Shown here: in pieces, positions 53,372-63,267 of the stretch
Numbering within the stretch: position 1 is the stretch's first letter
How the letters are laid out: each line of letters begins with the position of its first letter
Assembly (NCBI GenBank): GCA_965204895.1
Contig: OZ242025.1
Coordinates: forward strand, 1,473,621 to 1,537,620
From: Dehalococcoidia bacterium
Lineage (GTDB): Bacteria; Chloroflexota; Dehalococcoidia; Lucifugimonadales; UBA2985
DNA length: 64,000 bases
Direction: 5' to 3'
The notes under the pieces: generated by a model
Database searches by the model: none
Seen by the model: only the letters and a program-made list of their open reading frames with translations
Told to the model about the DNA's origin: nothing
Translations under genes and position numbers: made by a program

Positions 53372-54940
53372 CTAGTCCCCTATTCTGTAGAAAGCGCCAT
53401 CGCAATAGGATGCCCCTTGCTGTATCCCCCATTCGGTAACAACCACTTCTGAATCTCGTACTTCAGTATATCCGGGGATGAGCCATCCCCATCCAACTTG
53501 CTGATGGTTGGCTAAAAACTTAAAGCTGAACATCTCTCCGTGAGGCATCTCAGTCACTGGTTCCTCAGAATATATATATCCAGACACATCCAGATAAGCG
53601 TTTACCAGCACTCCACAATTATCATCCCCTACTCTATTGTCACCTTCCCGCCGATACTCATAGAGTCCGGGTAAAAGCTCATTCTCTCCATCACCTATTT
53701 TATGCATAGTATCCCGCACCAATATCCCTACAGGGAATTCTGTAATGCAGTACCGATGTGCATCTTCAGCTGATATATTGGGATGCTCTGGTACGGCGGG
53801 GTTCCATTGGTAGTAAATGTTACCTTGCGCTATCCATTCCCCTACCATGCTTTCCCACTCCACACAATGGGTTTGCGGATGTGGTGTAGGTGTTGGAGTC
53901 GGCGTCGGAGTAGCCGTTGGCGTAGCCGTGGGGAGCTCCGCCACGCGGGTGGCCTCCAGGTCGGCGGCGTACTGCTGGGCCGTCGCCTGGGCCTCAACCG
54001 CCGTGCGGGTGGCCTTCTCAGACTCCCGCCGGAAGGCGTCCACCGCCTCAATCGCTTTCTTGGTGGCCTCCAGGTCCGGCGTGGGGCCTATCTCCGGGAA
54101 GGGCGTGGGCGTGGGCACAACCTTGCCGGCCGGGGAAACCTGATCCCCAAGCTCCGTCTTCACCTCGTTGATGGGTATGGCAAACCCAATGCCGGATATG
54201 GGCCTGCCCGCGCTGTCCGTCTCCACCCGGGAGACCACCACGCCAACCACCTGCCCGAACATGTCCAGCAACGGCCCGCCACTGTTCCCGGGGTTCAGGG
54301 ACGCGTCGGTCTGCAGGCGGTCGTCCCGCTTGGCGGATATGATGCCCACGCTGACCGTCGGCTCAGATCCCAGGGCGGAGCCCAGGGGGAAGCCAATGGC
54401 TATGACCTCCGCCCCAACGCGCACCTCATCCGAGTCTCCGACGGCAATGGGAGTGAATGTCCGGCTGGAGTCGATGCTGACGTAGGCCAGGTCCAGGGTG
54501 GGATGCCGCTGGGTCACTCTGCCCATGTACTCGTTCCCCTCAGCCATACGCACGCTGACCTGGCTGCTCCCATCCACAACATGCTTGTTGGTGACCACCA
54601 GCCCGCTCTCATTGACAATAAACCCCGTCCCGGAGCCTGTGCCGGTGACAATGTGGGCCACGCTTGGCAGTGCGTTCTCAGTCACGTCGGCAATGGACAG
54701 GCCGGAGGAGAGAGGCTCGCTGAAGGTGGTCTCAATATCCGAGCGGGAGACCGGGGCGCTGGGTGTTGTGGGTGTAGGCGCGACGGTGGCGGTTGGCGCG
54801 GGAGGGATGGGCGTTGGCTCTGCGCCGCAGGCCAGGGTTGCCAGCAACACCAGGGTGGGTATCAGCTGCTTGATTCTCAAGTCGCGCCTTCTTTCTAGCT
54901 GGAGTGGCTGAGAAAGTGGGGATGGCCTATTATACACCAC
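53372..54940 (-). CDS. Membrane-anchored trypsin-like serine protease (S1C-type) with Pro/Thr linker and an unknown low-GC C-terminal domain
   Basis: N-terminal TM (LIPTLVLLATLAC). His/Asp/Ser contexts TNKHVV, DLAYVSID and GNSGGPLLD. Linker PTATPTATPTPTPTPTP (nt about 53874-53935). About 165-aa C-terminal domain of unknown family. Confidence 0.85.
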   Translation of the reverse strand: MVYNRPSPLSQPLQLERRRDLRIKQLIPTLVLLATLACGAEPTPIPPAPTATVAPTPTTPSAPVSRSDIETTFSEPLSSGLSIADVTENALPSVAHIVTGTGSGTGFIVNESGLVVTNKHVVDGSSQVSVRMAEGNEYMGRVTQRHPTLDLAYVSIDSSRTFTPIAVGDSDEVRVGAEVIAIGFPLGSALGSEPTVSVGIISAKRDDRLQTDASLNPGNSGGPLLDMFGQVVGVVVSRVETDSAGRPISGIGFAIPINEVKTELGDQVSPAGKVVPTPTPFPEIGPTPDLEATKKAIEAVDAFRRESEKATRTAVEAQATAQQYAADLEATRVAELPTATPTATPTPTPTPTPHPQTHCVEWESMVGEWIAQGNIYYQWNPAVPEHPNISAEDAHRYCITEFPVGILVRDTMHKIGDGENELLPGLYEYRREGDNRVGDDNCGVLVNAYLDVSGYIYSEEPVTEMPHGEMFSFKFLANHQQVGWGWLIPGYTEVRDSEVVVTEWGIQQGASYCDGAFYRIGD

Positions 54941-55016
54941 CCCTCTTCGCTACCCCATCGGTAGCCTAACCCCCCATAACCGCGTATAATGCGCCCATCA
55001 CCCACGGAGCAAGCAC

Positions 55017-57104
55017 ATGCCCAACAGACTCATCAATGAGACCAGCCCCTACCTGGTGCAGCACGCCAACAACCCCGTGGACTGGTACCCCTGGGGAGAG
55101 GAGGCCCTGCAGAAGGCCCGGGAGGAGGACAAGCCCATCTTCCTCAGCATCGGCTACTCCGCCTGCCACTGGTGCCACGTCATGGAGCGGGAGTCCTTCG
55201 AGAACGACCAGATCGCCCTCATCATGAACGAGCGTTTCGTCAACATAAAGGTGGACAGGGAGGAGCGACCCGACCTGGATTCCATCTACATGGGCGCGGT
55301 GCAGGCCATGACCGGCCGGGGCGGATGGCCGATGTCGATGTTCCTGACGCCCGCCGGAGAGCCCTTCTACGGCGGCACCTACTTCCCGCCGGAGGACCGC
55401 CACGGGATGCCCGGCTTCCCCCGCGTCCTCATGGCCCTGGCAGAGGCCTACCGAGACAAACGCTCTGACATCGCGCGGTCGGCTGAGCAGGTGACCGCCG
55501 CCATGCAGCGGCCGGCGGGGACGGCCCAGGGCATGGAGCCGCTGACCCGCAACGTGCTCACATCCGCCTACAGCAGCCTGAGGGAGAAATTCGACGCGGA
55601 GTACGGGGGGTTCGGCACTGCGCCAAAGTTCCCCCAGCCAATGGTGCTGGAGTTCCTCCTGCGATACCATCTCCTCACCGGGCAGCCCCAGGCGCTGAGC
55701 ATGGTGGAGGAGACCTTGGGCCACATGGCCCGGGGCGGCATCTACGACCAGCTTGGAGGCGGGTTCCATCGCTACTCCACCGACCCCTACTGGCTGGTGC
55801 CCCACTTCGAGAAAATGCTGTACGACAACGCCCTTCTTGCCCGCCTGTACCTCCACGCGTACCAGGCCACCGGCAACCCGTTCTACAAGGACATTGCCGA
55901 GCAGACGCTGGACTACGTGCTGCGGGAGATGACCCACGCCGACGGCGGATTCTACTCCTCCCAGGACGCCGACAGCGAGGGAGTGGAGGGCAAGTTCTTC
56001 GTCTGGACGCCCTACGAGATGGAAAAGGTATTGGGAGCACAGGACGCCGCTCTCCTGCAAGCGTACTTCGGCGTCACATACGAGGGCAATTTCGAGGGCA
56101 GCAACATCCTGCACACGCCAAAGAGCGCTGCAGAGGTCGCGCGGGAGCAGGGCATATCGGAAGAGGACCTGGCTGAGATCCTGGAGCGGGGCAGGAGGCT
56201 GCTGCTGGAGGCCCGCGGCGGGCGCATTCCGCCCGCAACGGACGACAAGGTGCTCACGTCGTGGAACGGCCTGATGCTTCACGGCTTCGCCCTGGGCGCG
56301 GCGGTGCTCGGTCGTGAGGACTACCGGCGGGCGGCTGTCGCCAACGCCGACTTCATCCTGACCAACATGCGCGACGGCCAGCGCCTCCTCCGCACCTGCA
56401 AGGACGGCGAGGCAAGGCTCAAGGCGTATCTGGAGGACTACGCCCACCTGATTGACGGCCTGATCGCCTTGTACGAGGCCACCTTTGACTCCCGCTGGCT
56501 GCGGGAGGCCGACGCCCTGGCCCGGCAGATGATTGAGCTGTTCTGGGACGAGGGTGAGGGCGTGTTCTATGACACCGGCACAGACCACGAGACGCTGATT
56601 GTACGCCCACGCGACTTCAGCGACAACGCCATACCCTGCGGAAGCTCCGTTGCCGCGGACGTGCTCCTGCGGCTGAACATCTTCATGGATGAACCGGACT
56701 TCGGGCGCAAGGCCACCTCATCGCTGAGGTCGGTACGGGAGTACATGGCCCGCGTGCCGGAGGGCTTCGGCCACTGGCTGGGCGCGCTTGACTTCTACCT
56801 GGCCTCGCCAAAAGAGATAGCCGTCGTGGGGCCTGTGGAGGACTCGGCTACCAGGGCGCTCCTGGACACGGTGCACGGCCGCTACCTGCCCAACAAGGTC
56901 GTCATGGGCCTGGACCCGGACGCCGACGGCTTTGAGCAGGACCTGCCCCTTCTGGAGGACAAGGAGATGCTGGCCGGAATGCCCACCGCCTACGTCTGCC
57001 AGAACTACGCCTGCCAGCTGCCGGTCACGGAGCCTGACGCCCTGGCCGCCCAGCTTGACCCCTCCACGGATACGGGCATGGGGCCTTTGACTGTACTGTC
57101 CTGA
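55017..57104 (+). CDS. Thioredoxin-domain protein of the DUF255/YyaL (SPATA20-like) family
   Basis: 695 aa. [45 protein letters not shown], then an (alpha/alpha)6 N-acylglucosamine-epimerase-like region ([11 protein letters not shown]). Confidence 0.9.
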   Translation: MPNRLINETSPYLVQHANNPVDWYPWGEEALQKAREEDKPIFLSIGYSACHWCHVMERESFENDQIALIMNERFVNIKVDREERPDLDSIYMGAVQAMTGRGGWPMSMFLTPAGEPFYGGTYFPPEDRHGMPGFPRVLMALAEAYRDKRSDIARSAEQVTAAMQRPAGTAQGMEPLTRNVLTSAYSSLREKFDAEYGGFGTAPKFPQPMVLEFLLRYHLLTGQPQALSMVEETLGHMARGGIYDQLGGGFHRYSTDPYWLVPHFEKMLYDNALLARLYLHAYQATGNPFYKDIAEQTLDYVLREMTHADGGFYSSQDADSEGVEGKFFVWTPYEMEKVLGAQDAALLQAYFGVTYEGNFEGSNILHTPKSAAEVAREQGISEEDLAEILERGRRLLLEARGGRIPPATDDKVLTSWNGLMLHGFALGAAVLGREDYRRAAVANADFILTNMRDGQRLLRTCKDGEARLKAYLEDYAHLIDGLIALYEATFDSRWLREADALARQMIELFWDEGEGVFYDTGTDHETLIVRPRDFSDNAIPCGSSVAADVLLRLNIFMDEPDFGRKATSSLRSVREYMARVPEGFGHWLGALDFYLASPKEIAVVGPVEDSATRALLDTVHGRYLPNKVVMGLDPDADGFEQDLPLLEDKEMLAGMPTAYVCQNYACQLPVTEPDALAAQLDPSTDTGMGPLTVLS

Positions 57105-57122
57105 GCGCAGCGCAAGGCCGAG

Positions 57123-57329
57123 CTACAGGGAAACTTCCACCTGCCGCGTCTCAATGGTTAACGGCATGCCCAACTCAGAGCGTGTTTCCAGGCACAGCTC
57201 AATAGCCTCTCGTATGTTTGCCAGAGCTTCATCCTTCGTGTCGCCTTGACTCACGCATCCCGGAATGGACGGGCATTCTGCTATCCAGACCCCGTCTTCA
57301 TCCCTGTCAAGCGTCACCGTCATTCTCAT
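57123..57329 (-). CDS. HicB-like (UPF0150) antitoxin-fold protein, 68 aa, no HicA gene nearby
   Basis: MRMTVTLDRDEDGVWIAECPSIPGCVSQGDTKDEALANIREAIELCLE is the canonical HicB N-terminal fold pattern. Confidence 0.8.
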   Translation of the reverse strand: MRMTVTLDRDEDGVWIAECPSIPGCVSQGDTKDEALANIREAIELCLETRSELGMPLTIETRQVEVSL

Positions 57330-57370
57330 TTCCCTAACCTCTGTTGCAGCTAAACGACATTAGGAATTGA

Positions 57371-58135
57371 TTATTCTTGGAAGATATACTTCCTATGGTA
57401 TGCCAAGAATTCTTCCCCAATGCCGAATTTCTGGGGTAGTCGAATCAATTGCCCATCATAACTTTCAATTGAAGTCCTGAAGAAAGCATCCTCCATTGCA
57501 GTGTGGTTTTGGGATACTCGTACTGTCATATCTTCGTTTATCGTGATGAGACCGGCATCAAATGCACGGTCGTGCAAGACTGACAGTGCCAAGCCATTTC
57601 TAGGATTCAGCCTGTTCATTTTGTCATGACGCCAAGGCACAATATGGCTTGCAATCAGCAGGGAGGAGACAGACAGTCCAGTTATGCAGCATTGCCAATC
57701 GTACGCGCTAAGTACCGCCTCACGAAAGAAACTCTGTCCTACGCGTACCTTGGTCTGAGTTAAGCGGTCTTCCCCTAACCTTTCAATAGACTCTTCTACA
57801 GGTTCATCTTGTGGAATCACTTGATTCTCAGCTTCCATAAGCGCTGTCTGACACTCCACGGCAAAGTTGGCCGAGTCAGCTTCCATCTCTTGCCACATTT
57901 CTCTATCTGTAGCGGACGCACTTCTCAGACCAACCCGCCCGGAGTCTGTAATAGTTTGATCAAGGCTAGCAATGTTGGAGAGCTTCATAGCTAGTGAAGA
58001 AGGTGACCGCCCAATGGCATCGGCAAATTTTATGATTTCAGGATTGCCCTTGTGCAACCTTCCGAATGGCAGGCGGCAGTATAGTGCGAACGCCACCAGC
58101 AACTCCCGCCTCGTCCAACGCAACCTAGAGGTCAC
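57371..58135 (-). CDS. HNH endonuclease (HNH_2/COG3183-type putative restriction endonuclease)
   Basis: C-terminal CCITGLSVSSLLIASHIVPWRHDKMNRLNPRNGLALSVLHDRAFDAGLITI. The N-terminal region (WTRRELLVAFALYCRLPFG...) is typical of this family. Confidence 0.8.
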   Translation of the reverse strand: MTSRLRWTRRELLVAFALYCRLPFGRLHKGNPEIIKFADAIGRSPSSLAMKLSNIASLDQTITDSGRVGLRSASATDREMWQEMEADSANFAVECQTALMEAENQVIPQDEPVEESIERLGEDRLTQTKVRVGQSFFREAVLSAYDWQCCITGLSVSSLLIASHIVPWRHDKMNRLNPRNGLALSVLHDRAFDAGLITINEDMTVRVSQNHTAMEDAFFRTSIESYDGQLIRLPQKFGIGEEFLAYHRKYIFQE

Positions 58136-58165
58136 CTTTGTGTCTCCTCACCCAGAGTATAGGAG

Positions 58166-58732
58166 CTATGAGACCTCGTATAATTCCGCAGCATCAGGAC
58201 CAAGAGCCCACCACGGCGCCGTAGGACACCAAGTTGCGATAGAGATTTCCCAATTGCAGATGTAGTTTGGGTCTAGCTCGGCATAGTAAATGTCTTTGGG
58301 ATGCTCTATTCCCCACAAGTACTCATACGTGTGGATCACGGTGCCATCGGGCCCGAAGTGTACCAAGGCCGTTTCGTCATAACGGTTGTTTTCCACGGCT
58401 ACTCGACTTCGTGACAGGATTGTCTGCAAGCGGTCATTGGAGCCGGGCAGACTTTCATCCGGAACTACGATTCTGCCATAGACAGGTGGGCGTAGGGCTA
58501 AGCCCAGTTTGCTCGTGTTCGCGTCATGTTCATACAGACTGATGTCTAATATGCCATTCTCGCTGAACCCGTATTTTGAACGGTAGTAGGTCTGCTCAGC
58601 CCAAGTCAGTGTATGCCAATGCCGTATGATAGACCTCACGCCAATTATTTCATCGGTTTCCTCGTCTACCATAACAACCCAACCTTGGTCAATTAGCTCT
58701 CCCAGAGTCCTATTACGGAGGGAATCGAACAT
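58166..58732 (-). CDS. Hypothetical protein (188 aa), first gene of the unknown-HNH-HicB string
   Basis: Intact ORF in an AT-richer islet, 30 nt upstream of the HNH gene. No recognisable motif. Confidence 0.45.
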   Translation of the reverse strand: MFDSLRNRTLGELIDQGWVVMVDEETDEIIGVRSIIRHWHTLTWAEQTYYRSKYGFSENGILDISLYEHDANTSKLGLALRPPVYGRIVVPDESLPGSNDRLQTILSRSRVAVENNRYDETALVHFGPDGTVIHTYEYLWGIEHPKDIYYAELDPNYICNWEISIATWCPTAPWWALGPDAAELYEVS

Positions 58733-58863
58733 ATTACAGCCCCTAAGTAAACATCTGCTCAGCCGTGTACTGGTATCATCTTCTTTTTACAAGACACTCT
58801 AACCATACACACGTGGTAATCCAGTGTGGATTCTTGATGGTTCATCCCCCGCCTCCCGTCGCG

Positions 58864-60003
58864 CTACCCCTCCTGGCCCGCGGCCACCATCTCCACCTCC
58901 TCCATGAGAGCTGAGAGCATCTCCGACTCCTCCACTATGCGGGACTTCTGCCCCTTGCGGAAGATGATGGCGCGCCCCACGCCCGCGGCTATGCCCACAT
59001 CGGCGTCCTTGGCCTCGCCGGGGCCGTTCACCTCGCAGCCCATCACCGCCACCTTCACGTTGTAGTTCTTGGCCTTCAGCAGGTCGTCAACCGTGTTGGC
59101 CAGCTTGATGACGTCCACGTCCGCGCGACCGCATGAGGGACAGGCGACGAGGGTCGTGCCCTTCTCGCGCATGTTCAGCGACTTGAGTATCTCGTACCCG
59201 GCCGCGACCTCCTCCTTGGAGTCCGCGCTGAGGGACACCCGTATGGTGTCGCCGATGCCCTCGTACAGCAGGTAGCCCAGGCCCACGGAGCTGCGAATCG
59301 ACCCCGCCATCGCGGTGCCCGCCTCCGTGATGCCCAGGTGCAGGGGATACGGCACCATGTAGGCCAGCTTGCGATACGCCTCCACCGTCGTCGACACGTC
59401 GAAAGCCTTGAGGGAGATCTTGATGAGGTCGAAGTCCAGGTCCTCCAGGATGCTAATCTCCCACAGGGCCGTGGCCACCATGTGATCGACCACGGAGAAC
59501 TCGCCCTCGTCCGCCTCTCCCGCCTTGGCCAGCTTGTTCACGCCGTCTGCGTGCCTGTGCAGCCCGCGGAATTTCCCTATCTGTCCCACAGGGGGGAGGC
59601 TTCCAAAGTTGACCCCAATGCGTATGGGTATCTGCCTCTCCTTGGCGGCGCGCACCACCATCTCCACCTTCTCCCTGTCCCGGATGTTCCCGGGATTAAG
59701 GCGAAGGCCGTCCACACCCGCCGCAATGGACTCCAGAGCAAGCTGGTAGTGGAAGTGGATATCGGCGATGACGGGTATCTTGACCTGCTTCACTATCTCA
59801 CGCAGTGCGTGGGCCGCCTCCATGTCAGGAACCGCGGGCCGGATGATGTCGCACCCAACCTCCTCCAGCTCCTTTATCTGACGAACCGTGGCCTCAACGT
59901 CACGGGTGTCCGTCTTGGTCATGGACTGGACGGTTATGGGCGCGCTGCCTCCCACGGTGACATCGCCCACCTGAATGGCTTTGGAAACTCTTCGAGGCCT
60001 CAT
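58864..60003 (-). CDS. ispG: 4-hydroxy-3-methylbut-2-en-1-yl diphosphate synthase (flavodoxin)
   Basis: VGGSAPITVQSMTKTDT...IIRPAVPD...LRLNPGNI...CPSCGR...MGCEVNGPGEA. Confidence 0.95.
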   Translation of the reverse strand: MRPRRVSKAIQVGDVTVGGSAPITVQSMTKTDTRDVEATVRQIKELEEVGCDIIRPAVPDMEAAHALREIVKQVKIPVIADIHFHYQLALESIAAGVDGLRLNPGNIRDREKVEMVVRAAKERQIPIRIGVNFGSLPPVGQIGKFRGLHRHADGVNKLAKAGEADEGEFSVVDHMVATALWEISILEDLDFDLIKISLKAFDVSTTVEAYRKLAYMVPYPLHLGITEAGTAMAGSIRSSVGLGYLLYEGIGDTIRVSLSADSKEEVAAGYEILKSLNMREKGTTLVACPSCGRADVDVIKLANTVDDLLKAKNYNVKVAVMGCEVNGPGEAKDADVGIAAGVGRAIIFRKGQKSRIVEESEMLSALMEEVEMVAAGQEG

Positions 60004-60038
60004 TTGGATCGAGCCTCCCCTCTAAGCTCTAGCAATAA

Positions 60039-60884
60039 CTACCGGCCCTGGAATACGGGCGTCCGCCTCTCGGCCAGCGCCTGTCGGGCCTCCTTGGAGT
60101 CCTCGGACATCCCCAGGATGACGGCTGCGTTGGAGGTCAGGACTGCGGTGGTCTCCAGGTTGCTGTCAATGGCCGCTCTTATTACGCGCTTGTTGATCCA
60201 CTGGGTCAGCGGCGGGCTGTTGATGATTCTCTGGCACAGGGCGCGGGTCTCCTCCTCCAGGTTCTCGGAGGGGAAGAGCTTGTTCAGAATGCCCCACTCG
60301 TGGGCGGTCTCTGCGTCCAGGAAGCCGGTGAAGGCGAACTCCAGGGCGCGCCCCAGGCCCGCCAGCTTGGGCAGGTAGTAGCAGCCGCCGTTCTCAATAA
60401 TCTGGCCCACCTGCTGGTAGGTGATAAAGCGGGTGTTCTCGCAGCCGTAGCGAATGTCGCACTGGAGGGCCATGTCCATGCCGAATCCGGCCGCGGCGCC
60501 GTTGACCATGGCGATGGTGGGCTTCCTGATGTAGGAGATGTCCTTGATGGTCTTGGTGGTTGCGTAGTAGAAGCCCTGGCGAGTGGCGTCCGGCCCCTCA
60601 GAGCGCGCCTGGCCCAGGAAGGGGCCGCCGCTGTCGAAGTCCTCAAGGCCGCGAACATCCACGCCCGCGCAGAAGGCCCGCCCTTCGCCGGTGAGCACGA
60701 TGACCCGAACGTCGGGATCGTCGTCGGCGGCCTTCATGTACTCGACAACCTTGGTCAGAGTGCCGTTCCTGTCGGAGCCGCCAATGACGGCGTTCAACCT
60801 CTCCGGCCTGTTGAACTTGATCCAGAGGATGCCATTGTCCTCTTTTTCGTAAAGCAGATAGGGGACCGTCTCAAGCTCGGCCAT
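60039..60884 (-). CDS. Enoyl-CoA hydratase/isomerase (crotonase) family protein
   Basis: IKFNRPERLNAV...VIVLTGEGRAFCAGVDV...PTIAMVNGAAAGFGMDMALQCDIR. Confidence 0.88.
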   Translation of the reverse strand: MAELETVPYLLYEKEDNGILWIKFNRPERLNAVIGGSDRNGTLTKVVEYMKAADDDPDVRVIVLTGEGRAFCAGVDVRGLEDFDSGGPFLGQARSEGPDATRQGFYYATTKTIKDISYIRKPTIAMVNGAAAGFGMDMALQCDIRYGCENTRFITYQQVGQIIENGGCYYLPKLAGLGRALEFAFTGFLDAETAHEWGILNKLFPSENLEEETRALCQRIINSPPLTQWINKRVIRAAIDSNLETTAVLTSNAAVILGMSEDSKEARQALAERRTPVFQGR

Positions 60885-61002
60885 TTCAATCCTCCTTGTC
60901 GATTTTCGATTGCTCGCGGCCCGCCTTTGCGCCTGCCGCGGCTCAAGGGTAGTCTACCCTATGGAGGCGCGAGGGTCAATTTGCGCCTAACGCGAACAGG
61001 GA

Positions 61003-62124
61003 TTAACCAAAGTCCAGGGGGTGGACTATATCAAAATAGACGCCCAGGACGCCCACCATCACTATGAAGAAGAACACCAGCGCGCCGATGGGCGCCAGCT
61101 TGCGGATGTCCGGCTGCCTGCCCGTCACCTTCTGGTAGATTGCGACGGCAAAGTGCCCGCCGTCAAAGGGGTACATAGGCACGGCGTTCAGCACCCCTAC
61201 GAACACGCTGACGTAGGCTATAAGCTCCAGGGTGTAGTTGAGCCCGGCCCTCTGGCTGGCCGCTCCGAACTGGGTAACGCCTATCACGCTCACGGGTCGC
61301 ACCTCGTCAATGGCCTCATCGTTGTTGCTGAAGACGGCGCTGAAGAAGCTGCCAAAGTTGCTCACAAGCTCCCATATCCCCCTGACGCTCTGCGTGGTGA
61401 AGAAGGCTACTCTACCGGCGGCTGTGCCGATTCCCGCGACGGGGTTGTCCCGCGTCCTGCCGATGACGGGAGACACGCCAAGGAAGCCCATCTCCCGGCC
61501 GGTGTCGGCGTCTATGCGGGACGTGAGTGTGCCGCCCAGGGTCAGGCGCTCCCCGTTCCTCTCAACCTCCATCTGCACGAAGCGGTTGGGGCTGGCCCTG
61601 AGCACATCAGTCAGGTCACTCCAGCGTTCGATGGGTTGGCCGTCTACTGCCAGCAGCCTGTCGCCCGCCATCAGCCCGGCCTCCGTCGCCGCCGTGGGCG
61701 ACCCGTCGTCGGTCTCCGCCACCACCCGGGCAATCTCAAGCTGAGGTCGATCCGGATCAGGGCGACCAATCAGCACGTTGGCGGTCCACAGGAGGATGAA
61801 GGCCAGCACAAAGTGGGTGGCCACGCCGGCCATCACCACCACCGACTTCTGGTAGAAGGGCCTGCCGCGATACGTGCGGTGCTCCTCCTCCGGGGCCACG
61901 TACTCAAGGGGGTTCATACCTATTATGGACACAAAGCCCCCGGCGGGAATGGCCTTGACGCCGTACTCCGTCTCGCCTTTCTGGAACGACCACAGCGTAG
62001 GGCCGAAACCCAGGAAGTAGCGGGTGGCCTTCATGCCAAAGGCCTTGGCCGCAACCAGATGGCCGCCCTCGTGGATCATCAGTATCACGAAGAAGCCAAT
62101 GACTACGATGAGACCGCCCAGCAT
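61003..62124 (-). CDS. rseP: RIP metalloprotease RseP (M50 with PDZ domain)
   Basis: HEGGHLVAAKAFGMK zinc motif, PDZ (AGLMAGDRLLAVDGQPI), NAVPMYPFDGGH. Confidence 0.9.
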   Translation of the reverse strand: MLGGLIVVIGFFVILMIHEGGHLVAAKAFGMKATRYFLGFGPTLWSFQKGETEYGVKAIPAGGFVSIIGMNPLEYVAPEEEHRTYRGRPFYQKSVVVMAGVATHFVLAFILLWTANVLIGRPDPDRPQLEIARVVAETDDGSPTAATEAGLMAGDRLLAVDGQPIERWSDLTDVLRASPNRFVQMEVERNGERLTLGGTLTSRIDADTGREMGFLGVSPVIGRTRDNPVAGIGTAAGRVAFFTTQSVRGIWELVSNFGSFFSAVFSNNDEAIDEVRPVSVIGVTQFGAASQRAGLNYTLELIAYVSVFVGVLNAVPMYPFDGGHFAVAIYQKVTGRQPDIRKLAPIGALVFFFIVMVGVLGVYFDIVHPLDFG

Positions 62125-62130
62125 ATCGAC

Positions 62131-63258
62131 CTATCCCGCCCAGGCGCGGGCCGCTTCCCTGGCCCAGCCGTCCGCTTCCAGAATGTCCTCCAGGCCGGGG
62201 GCGGACACGGGCGCGTGCCTGGAGAGAACGTCCTCAACCAGCTCCGGGATGCTGGTGAACCCGATGCGGCGGTCCAGGAAAAGCTCCACTGCCACCTCGT
62301 CTGCGGCGCTGACCACCGCGGGGTAGGTCGCCGCCTTCTTCCCGGCCTCAAGCGTCAGCCTGAAGCAGGGGTACCTGTCCGTGTCCAGGGCCTCAAAGGT
62401 GAGGGCGCCCGTCTCCACGGGGTTGAAGCGGGGCAGCGCGCCGTTCTCCACGCGCCGGGGGTAAAACAAGGCGCACTGGATGGGCAGGCGCATGTCCGGG
62501 GGGCTGAGCTGCGCCTTCACGGAGCCGTCGGCGAACTCCACCATTCCGTGGATGATGCTCTGGTGGTGCACCACCACGTCTATCTGCTCCCAAGGCAGGT
62601 CAAAGAGCCAGCGGGCCTCTATCACCTCAAAGCCCTTGTTCATAAGCGTGGCAGAGTCGATGGTTATCTTGCGGCCCATGCTCCATGTGGGGTGCTTCAG
62701 GGCCTCCTCCGGCGTCACGCCTGCCAGCTCCTCCACGGGCCGGTTCCTGAAGGCCCCGCCGGAGGCCGTGATCACCACCCGGGAGAGGTCTTTCTGCTCC
62801 CCGCGCAGGCACTGCCAGATGGCGCTGGGCTCGCTGTCCACCGGAAGGATGTCCACGCCACAGCGAGCGGCCTCGCCCATGACTATGTGTCCCGCCATCA
62901 CCACCGGCTCCTTGTTGGCCAGGGCCACCGTCTTCCGCGCCCGGATCGCGGCCAGCAGTGGCGACAACCCCGCCATCCCGACGCTCGCCGCCATTACCAC
63001 GTCGGCATCGGGGTGGGCCGCCACGTCTTCGTGGGAGGCCACCTGACACCCGGCGGGAAGCCTGGAGGCCAGGGTGTCCGCGGGCTGCTCACAGGAGACC
63101 GCCTCGGGGCGGAACTCGTCGGCCTGCTTCGCCAGAAGGTCCAGATTGTGCCCAGCTGACATCGCAACCACGGAGAACTCATCGGGGAAGGCGCGCACTA
63201 TGTCCAGGGTCTGCCGCCCTATGGAGCCTGTGGAACCCAGTATTGCCAGACGCTTCAC
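62131..63258 (-). CDS. dxr: 1-deoxy-D-xylulose 5-phosphate reductoisomerase
   Basis: MKRLAILGSTGSIGRQTLDIV...LANKEPVVMAG...PVDSEPSAIWQC...ITASGGAFR...GRKITIDSATLMNKGFEVIEA. Confidence 0.95.
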   Translation of the reverse strand: MKRLAILGSTGSIGRQTLDIVRAFPDEFSVVAMSAGHNLDLLAKQADEFRPEAVSCEQPADTLASRLPAGCQVASHEDVAAHPDADVVMAASVGMAGLSPLLAAIRARKTVALANKEPVVMAGHIVMGEAARCGVDILPVDSEPSAIWQCLRGEQKDLSRVVITASGGAFRNRPVEELAGVTPEEALKHPTWSMGRKITIDSATLMNKGFEVIEARWLFDLPWEQIDVVVHHQSIIHGMVEFADGSVKAQLSPPDMRLPIQCALFYPRRVENGALPRFNPVETGALTFEALDTDRYPCFRLTLEAGKKAATYPAVVSAADEVAVELFLDRRIGFTSIPELVEDVLSRHAPVSAPGLEDILEADGWAREAARAWAG

Positions 63259-63267
63259 TCTGCCCGC

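Noticed and set aside
53874-53935. Short tandem DNA repeats (GGTGT/GGAGT/GGCGT periodicity) that could be mistaken for a microsatellite or mini-array
   Set aside because: They encode the in-frame Pro/Thr linker (PTATPTATPTPTPTPTP) of the protease. There is no spacer/repeat organisation.
54966-56588. 540-aa minus-strand ORF antisense to the YyaL-type thioredoxin-domain gene
   Set aside because: Same high-GC antisense artefact. The plus-strand product has clear family signatures ([15 protein letters not shown]).
61021-63159. 712-aa plus-strand ORF spanning the rseP and dxr loci
   Set aside because: The translation is Arg/Gly/His/Pro-rich low-complexity sequence, typical of the antisense frame of high-GC genes. 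The minus strand gives unambiguous RseP and Dxr.
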